Shown here one piece after another: positions 63,735-64,000 of a DNA stretch of 64,000 nucleotides. Position numbers and translations under genes: made by a program. The notes below the pieces were generated by a model, which worked only from the letters and a program-made list of their open reading frames with translations, was not told the DNA's origin and made no database searches. The DNA is from Gammaproteobacteria bacterium (lineage in GTDB: Bacteria > Pseudomonadota > Gammaproteobacteria > Eutrophobiales > Eutrophobiaceae). Position 1 is the stretch's first letter; every line of letters begins with the position of its first letter. Where the stretch lies: assembly GCA_965222155.1 (NCBI GenBank), contig CBDCTH010000004.1, positions 64,001 to 128,000 on the forward strand. The letters run 5' to 3'.

Positions 63735-64000
63735 TTAAACCTGTCCCCACAAACAGCTTATCGGCAGGGCGTATCTCCGTTCACCGAATGTCAGTTGCTG
63801 GTCGCCGAGATAAAATACAATAGAGGTGACCTGTCGACGTTTACCCGGTCCATCGCTGCCGAACCAGTCCAGGTGCTTGAAGCTTCCAGTGCCTACCGAT
63901 AATGACGCTTTGACTTCAATTGCTACCAGGTGGTTGGCGCTTTCCGCGAGTATGTCTATTTCATGACCCCTTTGATCGCGCCAGTGATAGAAGCGGAAAC
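63735..64000 (-). CDS. AAA+/DUF4143 protein, 3' part only
   Basis: Manual translation FYHWRDQRGHEIDIL...AIEVKAS...[11 protein letters not shown]; stop lies in the palindrome gacaggtttaaacctgtc. Confidence 0.85.
   Translation of the reverse strand, partial: FRFYHWRDQRGHEIDILAESANHLVAIEVKASLSVGTGSFKHLDWFGSDGPGKRRQVTSIVFYLGDQQLTFGERRYALPISCLWGQV

Overview
The window joins two very different DNAs. Bases 1 to ~8065 look eukaryotic: AT-richer, with GACA/ACAGAC microsatellites and minus-strand exons that splice in frame across a short GT-AG intron. From ~8070 it is gammaproteobacterial. A housekeeping block (leuA, family-4 UDG, rimI, cysM, 3'-5' exonuclease, galE, L,D-transpeptidase, rlmD) is followed by a ~48 kb eroded accessory island. 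The island carries several diverged, partly decayed copies of a surface-glycan cassette (GT4, Wzx, sugar phosphotransferase, GT2, two sulfotransferase types). It also has many toxin-antitoxin/defence genes and relics, IS5/IS21/IS630/IS1380/IS1634/ISNCY-type elements or remnants, and several REP/REPIN-like repeat families, often at gene truncation points. The gene mix and flanking host-like DNA suggest an animal (possibly sponge) symbiont; this is inference. The best candidates for novelty are four. (1) A serine-type tRNA body with an Ile (GAU) anticodon, broken first two base pairs and hairpins over both ends, directly upstream of an orphan PemK/MazF gene. (2) Two diverged copies of a translationally coupled ParA-like ATPase plus small HeH/Rho-N-like partner. 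(3) A ~245 bp REPIN-like element found at gene breakpoints. (4) A promoter/terminator-bounded structured sRNA candidate downstream of the PemK gene. All calls are by eye from motifs; no searches were run.
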